Positions 18,875-36,422 of a DNA stretch of 64,000 nucleotides are shown here, one piece after another (position 1 is the first letter of the stretch; each line of letters starts with the position of its first letter). The stretch comes from the human T2T-CHM13v2.0 reference genome, Homo sapiens. Below the pieces are notes generated by a model. That model worked only from the letters and a program-made list of their open reading frames with translations, made no database searches and had not been told where the DNA came from. The DNA lies in assembly GCF_009914755.1 (NCBI RefSeq), contig NC_060941.1; one strand, given 5' to 3'. The translations under genes and the position numbers were made by a program.

Positions 18875-20800
18875 TCAATTCAATTAAATAAATACTTACT
18901 GAGTACTTGTATTTTAGTCATTGAACTAGTTGCTGGGGATACAAAGACATTCAAGTGTTCATTCAGTCTGGTCATGAACAAAGACAGTGTAAAGAAATTC
19001 CTGACTACGGTGTATGTGTGTAAAGGTGTGTGTGAATACAAGTCATTTAGCATAGGGGTGGTCAGGGAAAACTAGAGATGCTATTTAATCTAGGCCTTGA
19101 AAGACCAGTTAGGATTTTATTGAGTAGACAGACAAAAGGGGAAGGACATTCCATTCACAAATAATTAATTTACAGTTATAATTAGTATGACGGCAGAAAA
19201 GTTCAGTGAGGCCCCATGACAAGGGAACCTAACTACCTCTAAAGGTCTGGGGGATGAGAGCTCCCTGGGAGAAACATATTAAGCCATGACTTGACCAATG
19301 AGGAGACTCTGGCCAGCCAAAGTCACTGGGGAGGATGTTTGAGGCAGAGCATGTGAAAAAGTCCTGGGCAGGAAGGAGCTTGAAAGAGAAAGGGAGATTA
19401 TCCTGACATGAGACTGTAGAAGCAGATAGAAGCCAGTTCATATAAAACCCTGTAGGCCATATTAAAGATTTAAACTATCTTAGGGGCAATGGGAAGCCAT
19501 TTGTAGGATTTTAAGCAGTGAAGCCACATCATCATCACTGCTTTATGATGGAGAATGGATTGGAGGGGCAAAAAGATACAGAAGAGACTAATGGTTAGAA
19601 GCAGTTGGATTAGTCTTAATGAGAGTCGATTGTGGTTTGAAGTATGTGGAGTAGTGTAGATGGAGATAAGTAGACTAATTAGAAATATTTAGAAGATAGA
19701 ATAAAAATGACCTCATTATTATTGTCAATCATAATTATGCTAGCAGTTTTTGAGCCCTTGCTATTTGCCAGTCACTCTACTAGCACTGTGCACATATTAT
19801 CTATTTAAACCCCACTTCAGTCCTCCAAGGGTAGATGCTGCTGTTGTCTCTATTTTGTAGGTGGGGAAGCTGAAGCCTAGAAATATTTGTTAGATTGGAT
19901 GTGGGCAGAGGTATCAAACATGACCCCCTGGGTTCTGGCATACATAGCCCGATAAATGGTGCTGTTTACTAAGATTGGGAACACTAATGGAAAGCAGATT
20001 TCTGGAAGAAAGATGATGAGTTCAGTTTTGAACATGTTAAATTCAAGGGTCATATAGGAGAAGTAAATCGGAAATGTTGAGCAGCCTGTTGGATATGTGG
20101 GTCTGGCTAGCAGTAGACTCATGAGTTGCCAGTATATAGACTGTGGTTGAAGCCATGGGAGTGAACGAAATCACTTACAGTGAGGGTGTGGGTTGAGACG
20201 AAAAGGAGGCCTAGAACTTGTCTCTGAAGCATGTTAACACGTAAGGACTAAACAGAGCAGAAAAATTGACAAAAGAGACTGAGCAAGAGTAACCAGAGAG
20301 GAAAGGGGAAAGAGAGAATGTGTGTTACAGAAGCCAAGAAAAGAAACATATTTTAAGAAAGAGGGGAATTATGAATTGTATCAAATGCTCCTAAGAGGCT
20401 GAAAAAGATACCAAAATGTTTGTTGGGTTTGATGACATGGAGATCATTTGTGACCTTGATGGGAGCCTGTTCAGTGTAATGGGGATGGGAGCCGTAAGAT
20501 TTAGTGAGGATGGGTGGGAGGTGAAGAACAAAAGCAGCCAGTGTAAATAATTACATAGGCAAGTTCCATTTTGAAGGGAGAAGAAGGTGCAGTTTTGAGG
20601 GGTATGATGTTCAGAAAGAGTTTTTTGTTGTTATGTATTAAACTGTCAGATAGACTAGAACATGCTAAAACACTTTTGGAAAGGCTTCAGGGAAGAGGAA
20701 GAAGTCGAACATATGGGAGAAAGGAACAATCAGTAATGTCATGTTCCTGAGAAGATGGAAAGGAAGATTTGATTGGTTTATGGTTGAACGAGGGACACAG
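18875..20800 (-). mobile_element. Long degenerate L2 with a nested MIR at about 19740-19880
   Basis: L2 3'-end motif ttcaattaaataaatacttactgagtac; L2 body gatgagttcagttttgaacatgttaaatt; boundaries approximate. Confidence 0.7.
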
Positions 20801-21293
20801 CTTCCAAAACAGGGAAGGGAAGGCAGGGATGTCTAAATGTAGGTAAGTTCGTAGATTTGCTTGCCTTTATGAGAAGGCCTGAGTCTTTAGAATTCTAACT
20901 TTTTACATCACATTTGCTTCTAATAAGGCAGTTTTCCCCTGCCCCCAATATCAGCTCTTAAGATTGTCTTTTTTTGTTAGACAAATGATTTGATAGAACT
21001 AACAACATAAGTACTAATATGCATTTGAATGCGTTCTTTTAAGAAGCAAAACCCTTACACTCTGTATATTTTGCCAAAAGTTTGAAAGATTAAGGATATG
21101 TGAGAATGTCAGGAGGCATGTATTTCACCATACTTTTGAGAAATGCTAATTAGTTCATTAAGTTTAGTTGCTAATAAATAAGAGAAAACATGTCTGCTGT
21201 GAAATTGTGTCAGGAAATGTTAATGAGCAACTAGTCGAGACCTCAGTATGTTCTGGATAAAAGTTTAAACTTGTTTTATTTCCCTTTGCTTAG

Positions 21294-21563
<270 letters not shown>

Positions 21564-23705
21564 TAGCAACTATGTTCTTCTCAAGTGGAACCAAATTATC
21601 AGCAGAATATGGGGGAAGCAGTGACTGTTTTAGATTTTCTAACTTTGTAATGTATTTTATTGAGTACCTTTACCTTCTAAATTATGCTTTGTTTAATACA
21701 TATTAAGTTTCATTGCCTAGTTTTGTATCAATTTGATTAAAAGAGTTATAGTTGAAAGTGTTTGAATAAAGTGGACAAATTCATTTAGGATTTTTTAAAG
21801 TTCTTTCATTATTGTACAAAGTTGAACTCTTTGGGGTCAATTAAGTTGAGGAAGACAGAGATGTATCAATGGGAAAATAGTCCCAGGAATCCCTACAAAA
21901 GGATAGTTTTATATTAGGTAATAATCAGAATCTGCTTGGTAACTTAATGCAGTTCTCATACATCTTCCTTTCTCCAAGTGCCACTCGTCACCTTCTTAAT
22001 TAACATGGCCACTTTCTACCATCAGTGAAGTTAGAACAGCATAGAATAGAATCCTAGAGCTGAAAAGACTGTAAGACCATTTGGTCCATCTCTCTTACAT
22101 TCAAGCAAGTGCCATGCAACAACAACAACAAAAATCAATGATGAAGACTCTAAATGGCTGTTCCATCTTACTTGTTAGATCATGTTTCCATTGCTATTCT
22201 AATTTTGCATACTGCCAGTCAAGAAATTATTTTTTGTATCCAGCTGAAGTATTTCTTTTATTTAAATTCTTTTTTTCATGCTTGATCTTTTATAGATATG
22301 AACTGACCGTAAGTCCAAGAGATGTGGGAAAATCAGAATGAGGTGAAAGAATCTTGAGAATTGAAGTGCTCCCTAGTAAAGACAGCTCAGGGTTTTCTTT
22401 TACATTGCTCTTAGGCATTCGCTTTATAAAGATGTATTGTAGAATTCTTCGGTGTTTCTTTGGGAAAGAGACTGAAGAAGAGAAATAGATTTAAAAGATG
22501 ACTCCCAAAAAATGTAAGCTTGAGAAGCTAGTCTCTTGTTTGTGCAGGTGGCAGAAAATTGCACAGGGTACTTCAGATGGATGGAGGAAGCCGAACTTGT
22601 AGCAGGATTCCAGGCATACACATTGAAGAGTCCAGAGAAATACATAAAAATGTTTGAAATTGAGTGTGAAAAGGAAATATTGCCAGATGCAAAAAGAACT
22701 TATAATATCATAGTTTATTCTGTCTCTGAGGTGAAACCAATAGTATCTGTCCTTCCCAGGAAAATCTGAATAGAATAACTGGGACCAGTGATTTCCCTAG
22801 AGTAGGTAGGGCTGTTTTTCTTTGTTTTTCGTTTTCCCTCTGATGGGAACCCTTAACCCACTTCTTCTGGTAAAAATTTAAATAACAGCCCTTGAAATCT
22901 GTAGCTGTTGAATGTCCCATTTATTTATTGAATAGCTAATTCTATTTGCATTCTCCTAAATCATCTATTCCTGTGCTTTTTCAAAAGTAGTAGTCATCTT
23001 TGCAGATGGTAAATTACTCCATTGCTTTCCACCAGCTGCCAGCTTCTACCTCAGATGTACTCTGAGATGTGGGTGGATGGTCCTAGTTTTTCTATAAAGT
23101 TTTTAAAAAGTACTTCAGGCTTCTGCAGATCAAAGCTACTTTGTAAGTGTGAGATATTATCATTTTTATTATTTTAATCTCTTGCAAATTGACTTGAAGG
23201 GGGAAGGTAATATGTGCTGATTTTAGAGGCTTAAATGGTTAAATTAATGGTTTAATAACTTATTATTTAATCTTCAAATTGTTGAAGCCTTTCAAGGTAG
23301 AGTTTCAGATGAGTAGAAAGCTAGGGAGTATAAAAATAAGTGTCCATACAAGCTTATTCAAAATTGTTTTAATTCATGATTCACTGTCCGGATCATCTGT
23401 GCACTCTTAAAATTATAAAAATTATTTCTGCTTCAGCAGTATAACAAATTTATATTAGAATTTTTGGTTTTCCTTGGGGGAAAAATATTATTCTTTGTCA
23501 TTAAAGTTCAGAAAAGAGAAAGGAATGAAGCATAGGTTTCTTAGAAATATATTAGAAATATTACAAAATATTTCCCTGCAAATAGTTTTCACATTGTTAC
23601 CTAATGATAGGTTGACAAAAGCCTGAGGGGTCAAACCAGTCTAAAGATGCTAAGTCTTCCAGGTTGTTTTTGAAAATGAAATGTAAATGTCATTCTTTAG
23701 TATAA

Positions 23706-24038
<333 letters not shown>

Positions 24039-24912
24039 TGCACCTCCATTTTTAGTGTGAGGATGGAAAGAAGATGTTTTAATTTTTTTTCAGAGCACAA
24101 ATAATTTATAGAGTTTTATAATTCTGGAGAAAACCTTTCTTTTGTTGTTGTAAGTGCAAAAATTAAGGTAGCTTTTTCTAATTACAGAAATAATTTAGAA
24201 AATACAAGAAAGAACAGAAGAAAATAACAATAAATTCATATTTGTCCTTCAATTCTCTTTTCTACTCAGACACATGTGTACACATGAACACATATACCCC
24301 CTCCCTTATATATTGGGGATTACATTGAAACATACTGATGTAAACTTGCTTTTTTCACTTAAAATATTATGAACTTTTTTCAGTGTAACTAAAGCTAATC
24401 TGAACATTATTTTAAATTAATAGCTGTCTAATATCTGAACAATCCCTTTTTGTTGGACAATTAGGTTGTTTCCAGGTTTTTTTCACAATTATAAATAATA
24501 TATATCAAAGAGTTATCTATACTCCCAAGTTCATTGCAGCAGTATTCACAGTAGTGGAATGGAATCAACCTGAATGTCCCTCAGTGGATGAATGGATAAA
24601 GAAAATGTGACACATATACACTGTGGACTGTAACACAGCCATTTAAAAAGAATGAAATCCTTGTCATTTGCAACAACATGGATGAAGGACCTGGAAGACC
24701 TCATGTTAAGTGAAAGAAGCCAGGCACAGAAAGTCAAATATCACATGTCCTCATTCATATATGGGAACTAAACAATTGAACTCAGGGAGGTAGAGTTAGA
24801 ATGATGGTTATCAGAGGCTGGGAAGGGTAGTGGTAACAAAAATACCATTAAATAGAAGTAATAAGATCTAGTGTTGGACAGCACAATAAATTAACTATAC
24901 TTAAAAATCATG

Positions 24913-25830
<918 letters not shown>

Positions 25831-26114
25831 TTATGTATAGATCAAAATAACTACAAGAGTGGAAATTGAATATTCCTAACAAAAAGAAATGATACATGCT
25901 TAATGAGTTTCACAACTACCCTTATTTGATCGTTACATGTTTTATACTTGTATCAAAATGGTGCATGTACTCCATAAATATGTATAACTATTATGTAGCC
26001 ATAACTAAAAATTTAAAATTTATATAAAAACAGTATTCCATAGGACTACCAAACTAGGGAAATTACTGCCCCCATTTTCTCATTAGATTTTTCTTCACTA
26101 GAGTAGTATAACAT

Positions 26115-26310
26115 GACCGAGAATTTGGGCTTGCTCAGCTCTCCACACTGACCGGCCGAATGACCTTGGATATGTCATTTAACCTATAAGCCACTGTTTT
26201 CTCATCTGTCAAATGAAGATAATATTAATAGCTGCATTATAGGGTTATGAGAATTAGATGGTAATTTCTGTAAAGTGTCACAGTGCCTGGGATATAATAT
26301 GAAATCAATG
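26115..26310 (+). mobile_element. MIR
   Basis: tgaccttgg..tttaacct..tttctcatctgtcaaatg core. Confidence 0.7.
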
Positions 26311-29017
26311 AAGTGTAGTGGTTATTTTTACTTATTATTATACATACATTTTTTATTATTTCCTTATGACAAATTCTCAGAAGTGGGATTGCTAAGGTAA
26401 AAATATTAGTATTGTAAAGATTTTTGATACATAGTGCTATCAAAACTCTTAGGTAAAAAATGCTCTTGGTTTTATAAAGCCTACGCCTTCAGAATGTTGT
26501 ACTAATTTACACTTGTAGCTTCACCATATAAGAGTATGAGTTTCTTGGGATTCTCACCCGTACTTGATATTATTAAAATATTTTTTGCCAGTTGGATAAG
26601 CAGAAGGTTGGCATTTAGTTATTTCTTTAGCTACATTTCAATGACTAAATGCTCAAATTTAAGATTTTTCAAAATGTTTTGCAATGACAATAGTCTGTGA
26701 AACTGAAAAATATGTAACACATTAATTTTTGTTAAAGATGTGTGGTCTGAATTAGTTAATTCATAGAGCATCTTTACCTACCACTTTATTACTTAAACCA
26801 ACAGGTAAGAGTTTTAGTAGAGAGGGCTGTTAGGCTTGCTTTAATGAGTACATGAGATTTTATTATAATTATACTATTGCCTCTTTTTCACAAATGGATG
26901 GTGCTAAAATACGTGAAAGTAGTTTATTCTCAATTAATTTAAAATTCACCTTGTACTTCTCTTAATTTGCTTATTAGTGAATCCTTTCTCCATGGATAAA
27001 CTCCTCAAAACTGCTGAAGTATGTATGAGGTATTGTCCTCACGTTCTGGGGGGTATACCATATGTTCCATTAAGATGTTTGAAGTATTCACAGACCTTCC
27101 CCTTCTCCCCTATTTTACGTTTGCTTCCCAAACTTCATTCTATTTTTAAATTTTAATTCCTTTATCCATTTTTGCATCAATACTTGTTTAAAAATCTATT
27201 TTACTAGTTCTATTCGTGCCATTAAATGAACAAAAGAAGAAAGCAGAATTTGATTTTAACTAATTACCTAATCTTGATGCTTTCTGAGTATACAATCAGT
27301 AGAGATGAAGTAGAACAATCAGATAGAACTAAATTGTTTGAACAAAATTAAGTAAAACTACCAGTGATTTATAAAACTGTACCCATTAATAACATGATAT
27401 AGTCTTATTTTCAAAGGATTGAAAATTAATGGAAGAAATTTTCCTTTCCACTAGCTTTGCACGAAAGAAATAATCTTCTTTGAATATCCTCCTGTAAATC
27501 CCACTGCAAATTGTAGTCTGCACAGAACAGAATCGTGATGCCTAATCCTCCTCTTTTCATGGTTTAGTCTATACAAAGAGCAGAGCTGGAAATTGGATCT
27601 TTTGACAGCAGTTACTAAGCAACAGAATTTGGATGTTTTTGGTTAACATCCTAATATATAATGTAGCTGATTTGTTGAAGTTTTTGCATATATTAGCTGA
27701 GAGAAGTGGGCACTCCGGAAGTGACTACAGGTCCCTGTATGGCTGGGGAGGTGGGCATTTGTTGTTGTTTTGTTCAATACACTGTGTCTTTTGGCATTTG
27801 TATCTCTTTGGCGTAGAAAGGAGGCTGGTGCAGAACTTTCAGACCTTGTGACTTTTTATATTATTAAGAATACCCTTCTCTGTGGCTCACGATATGAGAA
27901 AATGTAAGATTTTTTCCTGAAAAGCAGGGAGAACAAATAAAGGATTTTAAGGTCATTCCAGGAAGCTTTAGAGCTTTGCCAAAAGTTTAGGTCCACTTCC
28001 TGAGGCAGTTTCATTAGCAGACAGCTAATGTTTGCTTGGTCTACTCCCAAGTTATTTTTAGAAACGAGATTATTACTGATAGCACCCATTTGAATTTGCT
28101 CATTTACGTTTTTATATGCTACCAAATATGATTAGAGTATGCTTTTAACTAATCGCTGACAGATTTACTGCATTAGGGATTTTCTAAGCTATGAGATTCC
28201 TACAGTCATCAGATTTCTACTAACTAGGTACTTCACGCCAAGTACTTCAGAACTGAGATGAACTCTTTCAGCTCCCAGAAGAACCAGAGTGTTTGGCTTT
28301 GCTTACCTAAGGGCACTAAGGAGGTCCCAGAGGATGGAGGGCTGAATCTCCTGAGAGCATGCTTGTTGTGGCTTGTGATCCCGAAAGGCTGGGATTAATG
28401 GAACTAATGCTGGTGTGCTCCCATTTGCACTTGTGTAGACTCTGGAGCCCGTAGCTGCTGCCCCTGTCCCACACACAGGTGGCTCCCCAGTTGTCTGAAG
28501 ATCCCAGGAGTGGGCTCTGGGACTTAAGAGCTTGCCGTGTCCTTGAGCACCACATTCAGACCTGCCCCTAATCCCTGCGTGGCAGAGCCCCGCTTCTCCT
28601 GTCCCTCAGTGCTCACGGAGTGCATGTGGCACACTCTTGCCTTAAGCCCAGGCTCCCCACACTCTGGGTTGTCTCTCATACCCCTCCAGCCTGTGTCGTA
28701 CCTCCACCTTTGCATGCAAGAGAGGTTACAGTTTAATATGACAATCTCATTATGTGCACAGGTGGACATAACGGGCTTCTGTGTTTTCTAGAGCTGCTCT
28801 TCCTTCCTTTAGAGTAGACTTCCCGTTATTTCATGAGACACAGGCTGACTGATGCCACTCTTTCCCACATTGTTTCCTTCTTCAGTTCTTCCTGTTTTTT
28901 CTTTAGCCTTCTCTTTCAGACTTCCCTCCTAACTTTAAGACCCTATATATGTATGTTGATAATTTTACCTGTTCTACAGGAAACTTCATAATAGAACTGG
29001 GCTGACTATACATTCTT

Positions 29018-29723
<706 letters not shown>

Positions 29724-31049
29724 TACATTCTTAAGATTAATTTTGGGGGGAGTCTGTAAGATACGGTTCTTACCTTCTTACCTCCAGCCTCAGTCCTCCT
29801 GGCATCTTCTGTGTTGGGGCATCTTTGGATCTAGAGCAAGCACTGTGTGACCTGCTGTGTGCTATAACTCACGGTGAGTTTGGCACTTCAGTTGTACTAG
29901 TCTGGCTAGGGCAGTTTGTACAATTTTACTTTTCTCGCATCTTTCTTTCCAGTACCTCTCCTCCTGCTGGGATTTATCTACCTAAAGTTGTGGTGCAGCT
30001 TCCCGGCTTAGTATGTAAATATCTCACTTGGATTTTCCTGTGGCAGCTAACCTCACGTACTTGCCAGCCAACTCTGAGTATCTTCTTAGTGAGAATTCTG
30101 CTGGGGCCTGGGCCAGAAAGGGTGAAAGGGACTAAGGGACTGAGGAGACTAGGCAGAAATCATGGATCCTGGGAAGAGTTATGAGCACAGGTTACACTAG
30201 TGACTAGATAAGGAAGAAAATGTACATGTGAGAAGAGAAAGGGATGTGTGTGTATGTATGTATTTAAATTAGAGCAGAGTAGCTACCCGGAGGAGTTTCA
30301 GTTGACTGGTTACCTGAAACTAGTCAAGTTACAACTGGAATTGCACAGCCTTCGTCATGGTCGGTGTGTTAATAGAGCTTGCTGTGAGTGCACCTCTCCC
30401 TCTGATAGTAATTAGCACAGAGACCGACTGCAAAAAACAAGAACGTCACTACTTGATATTAAGTGACTGCTGCAGGTATTTTTCCTCTCAAATGTTATGT
30501 GTAGGCCATGCAGTCAACTGTGAAGTGATTTGGAATGCTTTGTGAATTACAGTGTCTGAGATAAGTTGGTGAGACTACATACCATGTAGCAAGTCATCAT
30601 TAGTTTAGACCTAAGCAATGTCCTGAGTAAGGTCCTTGCAGCCATATAAGCTGTACATTGTTTTGAGAAGGAAAAACATAGAACTACTGCAACCAGCCAG
30701 GCTGTGGTGTTCCAGGTCCCTGTGGCTCTAATCCATGATCTCACAGCCTGATGGTCAGAGTTATATGCTGGCATCAGAGCTTTTAGTAGAATTCTGAAAA
30801 ATGTTTTGAAAAGCAAAGCATTATTTTCAGTGATTCCTTAAAATTACCTGAGTTTATAAGATACCACATTGGCTGCGGTTCCATCTTCAAAAAAAGTAGC
30901 AAAGAACCGCTGTAGAACTGCTTCTGAGCTTTTCAGTTGTCTCGAATGTACCAACTCAAAGCCAAAAGGAACCATCATTGTGTATCAAGAGACTGAAATA
31001 AATATCCTATTCTCATTTTCTCTTTTTCTGTGTTTGGGGAGGAGAAGAT

Positions 31050-32275
31050 AAAAGGCCCTTCCCTTCTTGCTCTTTAAATGTACTCATGATCCATTTTCAA
31101 ACCAGCTTCACCTCTGTGTTTTATTTCAGTTGCCAAATCAGGACAGATCCTTGACTCCAGTTTTCTCTTTCATCACCACACCCATTCATTCACCAAGTTC
31201 TTTCAGTTCCTCCTCCTAAACATCTCTAGATTCTGTCCACTTACCAGCACACCCACTCCCTGGCCACCATCATTTCTCACCTAGAACTCCACAATCTCAA
31301 TTAACTATTATTCCCCTCTAATGCTTTTCTATACAATCAGGAAAATGTTTCTAAAACATAAGCCTGACATGTCAGTCCATTGCTTATAACCCTTTAGTGG
31401 CTTGTTATTGCCTTTACAGTAAAATTTTAACTCATGAAATTTGTAAGACTCTTTACGTCCAAGTTCCTTCATCACCTCTTCTAATTCATCTCACCTACCA
31501 CTCCACTGCATTGACACCAACACCACTTTATTTTAATTCTTATTGACCGTTCCTGCAGTGTTCCTGAATGTTCACATCTCTGTGTCTCCTAATTTTCAGT
31601 ATATTCTGCTTAGAACACTTTCTTCCACCCTTTCCACTGGTTAACTGTTGTTCATGCTTCAAGTCTCAGGTTAAGTGTCACTTCCTAAATTTAGGAAACT
31701 GTCCTGACTCCCTAAGTCCATTTAAGAGTCAAGATAGGCTGAGTTATGCTGCATGAAAGGACAACCCGAAAATCTCAGTGGCTTAACACAACAAAGTTTA
31801 TTTTTTATTTACACTACTATATCTCCGTCATGGCTCAGACAGTGAGTTCTGTTCATTATATTTTCTCAGAGACTCAAGCTAATAGATAATAGAGGCCCCG
31901 CCTTACATCTGATTCCATGATAGCCAAGGCAGGGAAAGGAGTATGGTGAATCATGCAGTGACTCCTAAGGCTTCTTTCAGAAAGGGGTGTATTTCCCCTC
32001 ATATTTCATTAACCAAAGCAAGCCCCATAGTTATGCCTAACTTCCAAGGCACTGGGGAAATACTGCCTACCCTGTGCCCCCGTATCATCTTGTATTTCCC
32101 CTAGCCTAATAATGTCATGCTTTGTTATAATTACATGTGACTTGCTTCCCCAACTCTAACTTTTGTGAAAGTAGGATTATTTTTGTCTTATTTATTATCC
32201 TCTGCAGTGCCTTCATTAATGCTTGATACATAATAAGAATTCAAAAATATTTGTTGAGTGAGTGAATGAATAAGG
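31050..32275 (+). mobile_element. L2 fragment with a nested MLT1-type (MaLR) LTR at about 31725-32080
   Basis: L2 tail ttgttgagtgagtgaatgaat; MLT1 motif aaatctcagtggcttaacacaacaaagtttattt. Confidence 0.65.
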
Positions 32276-33961
32276 CAGCACTCCAAGACTCAATCCTTAG
32301 GCCTTTTTTTCTTCTTCTTCTGCCATTTCTTCTTGAAGATGGCTTCCTCTGTCATGGTTTCAGCAGTCACTGCCCTGAGAGTGATTTCCATTCCCTGACT
32401 TCAATCAGATATCTCCAACTTCTCACTTAATATTTCTACTTGAATTTAAAATGTGTAAATTTATTCTTTTAGTAAATACTTCTTAATTACTCTCTAATAA
32501 GGCATTATATTAAATGATATGAGGATACAGAGGTAATTAAGACAGCACTTGCCATCTGAGGGCTTGCAATCTAGTATAATACAAAAATAGTACAATGAAT
32601 CAATAATATATATACGTAATATACAAAATCCTGTGCCAAAGGAGAAGACAAGTGATTTATGGCAAGATGGAATTGGAACTTGTGTTGTTTCAACCATTGA
32701 ACCTACAGAGCAGACATCATTACTGAATTCTGTTCTGTGCTGGGCACTACACATAACATGAACAGAATAAAGCTTTTATCCACCTCACAGTCCAGTGGGG
32801 AGACAGATAGCTTAGGACGAAAGGATAGATGGGGTTTAGACAGAGTGTGGGAGGGTAATTAGGGGGTAAAGGGATGGTGCATAGGAAAACATTTTCACCA
32901 GAGGGGTTGACCTGATTAAATATCTGGAGAAATTGTCAGTATTTATGCCAGGAAAGAGGTAAGGAAGGAACTGAATCAAGATGGTCACAGTGAGACTCTA
33001 TTATGGTAACTTAATTGTTAGGAATACTTTAAAAACCAAGTATACACAGGTTGTTTTTAAACCTAACATGAAAAATGGTTAATATCATGAGTTTGACTTT
33101 ATTTCTGTACCTAATTATAAGTCTTCAATGGTTAAAAGATACCCAGGAAGGAATATATGCCATTCCAAGCAAGATGTTGGTGCGGGTGGGGATCGGGTTT
33201 ACTATCTTGGTGTGCTGAGGTTGGTTACCAACCAGAGAGAGTGGGCTGGGATGCAGAAACTAATTCTTACTCATGACACTGATGAGATTTCCTGAGCCCC
33301 ACCTGTAGTCTCTGGAATAGTACCTTCATTTCCAAAAAGGCTAGTCTCAAGGCCTTGAGTACTTCTATTCAACTTGCAGATAAGCTAATTCTTCTATCTG
33401 ATTTGAAATTACTACATCCTTGCCAGGCTAAAACCGTTCCTTCACTGCTTAATTTCATTCTCATTTTCTTGACCATCTTAAGACAGTGCATTCATATCTT
33501 TTGTCTGGTTTTATACGTACATCTATCTGATCCTTCATACTCAACCTTTAATTCTTTTGTAAGCTCTTTTACCATTATGGTCTGATTTGAGTTGACAGAA
33601 TTCTGATCTTTCAGTGTTACTTTTGCTTAACAGAGCCACAATTCTTATAGATAATAAAATGGCATCTAGTTTTATTTTACACATCTCTTGTGGCTCCATC
33701 TAGCTCTTGAGTCATTACACTAAAGTCCTGCTCCTGACACAGATACCAGAGACCAGTGTGATAGAAGTGATGGGATGTGTCAGTTGATTAATGATCAGCT
33801 AGTCCCCAGCCTGCCCAGGTGTGACACACACAGCTGTTAGTGCTGAAAACAGCCTTAGCCTGCTCTCTGTTCAGCGGTGATCCAGTGTGTCAATTCTAAT
33901 TTATTGTAGTCCAAAGTGTTGGTGTTTTCCTGTGCTTTGTTTAGTATTGCTCAAGAAGTAA

Positions 33962-34105
<144 letters not shown>

Positions 34106-35957
34106 TAACTTCTGCTGTTGTATTATCTTTGCCACATTACAGCTAATATCTCAAAAGTTACAAGAGAAAATTAACAAGTATTTATAAACTGTAAAGCAAT
34201 AGAAATACCTTTCTTTGTCTTACAAGGAAATATAATGTTCTCTCTTAAATAGCTGACATCAATGATAGTATTCATTTTAATATGCCCTGTGACTATAACA
34301 CCATTATAAACTGCTTTCTTGTAAGGGCCCATGTCTCATTTTGTATCTTCCAGTGTGCCCTTGCCATAGTAAATGATTAGTAATTTTCATTGATGAGTAT
34401 ATCTGTTATTTAGGACCTCTGAGCTCAGAAATTCACTTGTGAACTTTGACAGAACTAATGAAAGAAGGGTTTAGGATCACAGAGAAATCTGCAAATTCAC
34501 TAAAACACTAAGGGCAGAAGTTGTAAGCTCTCTGCACCTCAGTTTCTGCTCTTACAAAACAGAGACTATAATCCCTCTCTTGCTTATCCCACAGAGTAAT
34601 TGTGAAGACAAAAATGGGATAATAAATCTTGAAAAAATTTTGTAAGTTAAAAGTGCAGTATAGTAATTTTTAAAATATGTATTAAATATCTCCTGTGTTG
34701 AAGTGCACTCCTACAGAATACAAACATGAAGAAGACTTGGTCCTGGCACTTAACTCATAAGAAATAAACTGCAAGGAAGGGCCAGAAAGTTGTTAATTTT
34801 ATTTCACTGTAAAATTAAATCAGTCTGACATAAATTCATTACAACAATGGCTCAGGAAGGGGTAATACACTCTATTGAAATGGAAACCCACCTGGTGACT
34901 TAATAACATCTGAAAATACTACCCAGTGTCTGAATAATCCCTTCTTCTTTAAGCTGTCCATAATGGTGTAGTCGTGATTTCAAGCTAACTGTTCTTACTG
35001 CATTTTTCCCATGATTTTCAGACCTGCTTTTGGTCCTCTGTTATTTATTTTTTTAAGTTTTGGCAGTGTCTGTTATAAAGCAAAGCAGGTATATCTGTGA
35101 GGTCTCCATAAATTGATAGTGGGTTTTGGGTCTGCTAGGTTTGATACATCTCAGCCCAGTTTATGGGATGATTTCTTTAAAAGCTTTTAGGCACAAACTC
35201 ATAGCTCTGTGTAAATTCCTTTATCTTAACACAATTGAGGTGTGTGGTCATAGCAACACTACCATGTCAGGAATGTGTGCCCTCTGAGTACATTTCACTG
35301 GTATGAATAGTTATCATCTGTGCATGCTTGCTCATTTATTCAATAAGCACTTGCTGAGCCCTTCCTCCTCTGGTAGAAGTATTAGAGTCTCAGAAAAAGA
35401 CGCTGCTGCCTGTCTTTATAACATATGTTGGCAAATGTTAATGCAAAGTAGAATGTGCCATGTATTTTGGATATTCTGTTTTTTTTTTTATTTTTATTTT
35501 CCCTCCCACTGTTCTCATCAGGTGGATAGTCTGAAAATGGAGGGATCAGTTTTGACCTCAGGGGGCCTGCGAGTAGCTCTAAGCCCAGGGCAGAGGTGCA
35601 TATGCAGTATGCAGAGAAAGCTAAGCAGGTGGCATTTACGCTGAATCTTGAATTATTGGTAAATGTTTAACAGGTCAGATGTTCTCTTAGAAAGTTATCT
35701 GTTCCTTACCATCTGAGGGCCAATCTTAGTGGTTCTGCCATTGTTTCCGTTTTATTGAAATTCCTTATTTTCCCCTTTGCCCATTTTCTAACATCATGTT
35801 TTAATATCAGTGTACTGAATGGCCATGGTTTGCAGTAACTTCTTAGAAATGCTTGGTAAATACACCTGGAATTTTTTTTTCCTTCCAAAATAATCCCAGA
35901 AAAAACATCTACATGAACTCAAAGTGAATATTTAGAAGCTTTTTCAAAAAATTTATA

Positions 35958-36088
35958 GAGCCGAGTACAGTGGGATTATGGCAACCTATAATCCCAGCTA
36001 CCTGGGAGGCTTAGGCAGGAGGGTTGCTTGAGCCCAGGAGTTCAAGACAAGCCTGGGCAACATAGCAAGACCCTGTCTCAAAAAAAAA
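35958..36088 (+). mobile_element. FLAM (Alu monomer)
   Basis: Single about 130-bp monomer with an A tail. Confidence 0.85.
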
Positions 36089-36233
36089 GTTACAGATAAG
36101 AGTTCTTATATTTTAAGCATTTAGGTTATTAGAGATATTTTTTCTTATTATAAATAGTTTTATGACTGTTATTTAAGACTGTTTACTCTTTAAATTTTTT
36201 TTTTCTTATTCTATACATATTCTGCTTATGTAG

Positions 36234-36422
<189 letters not shown>

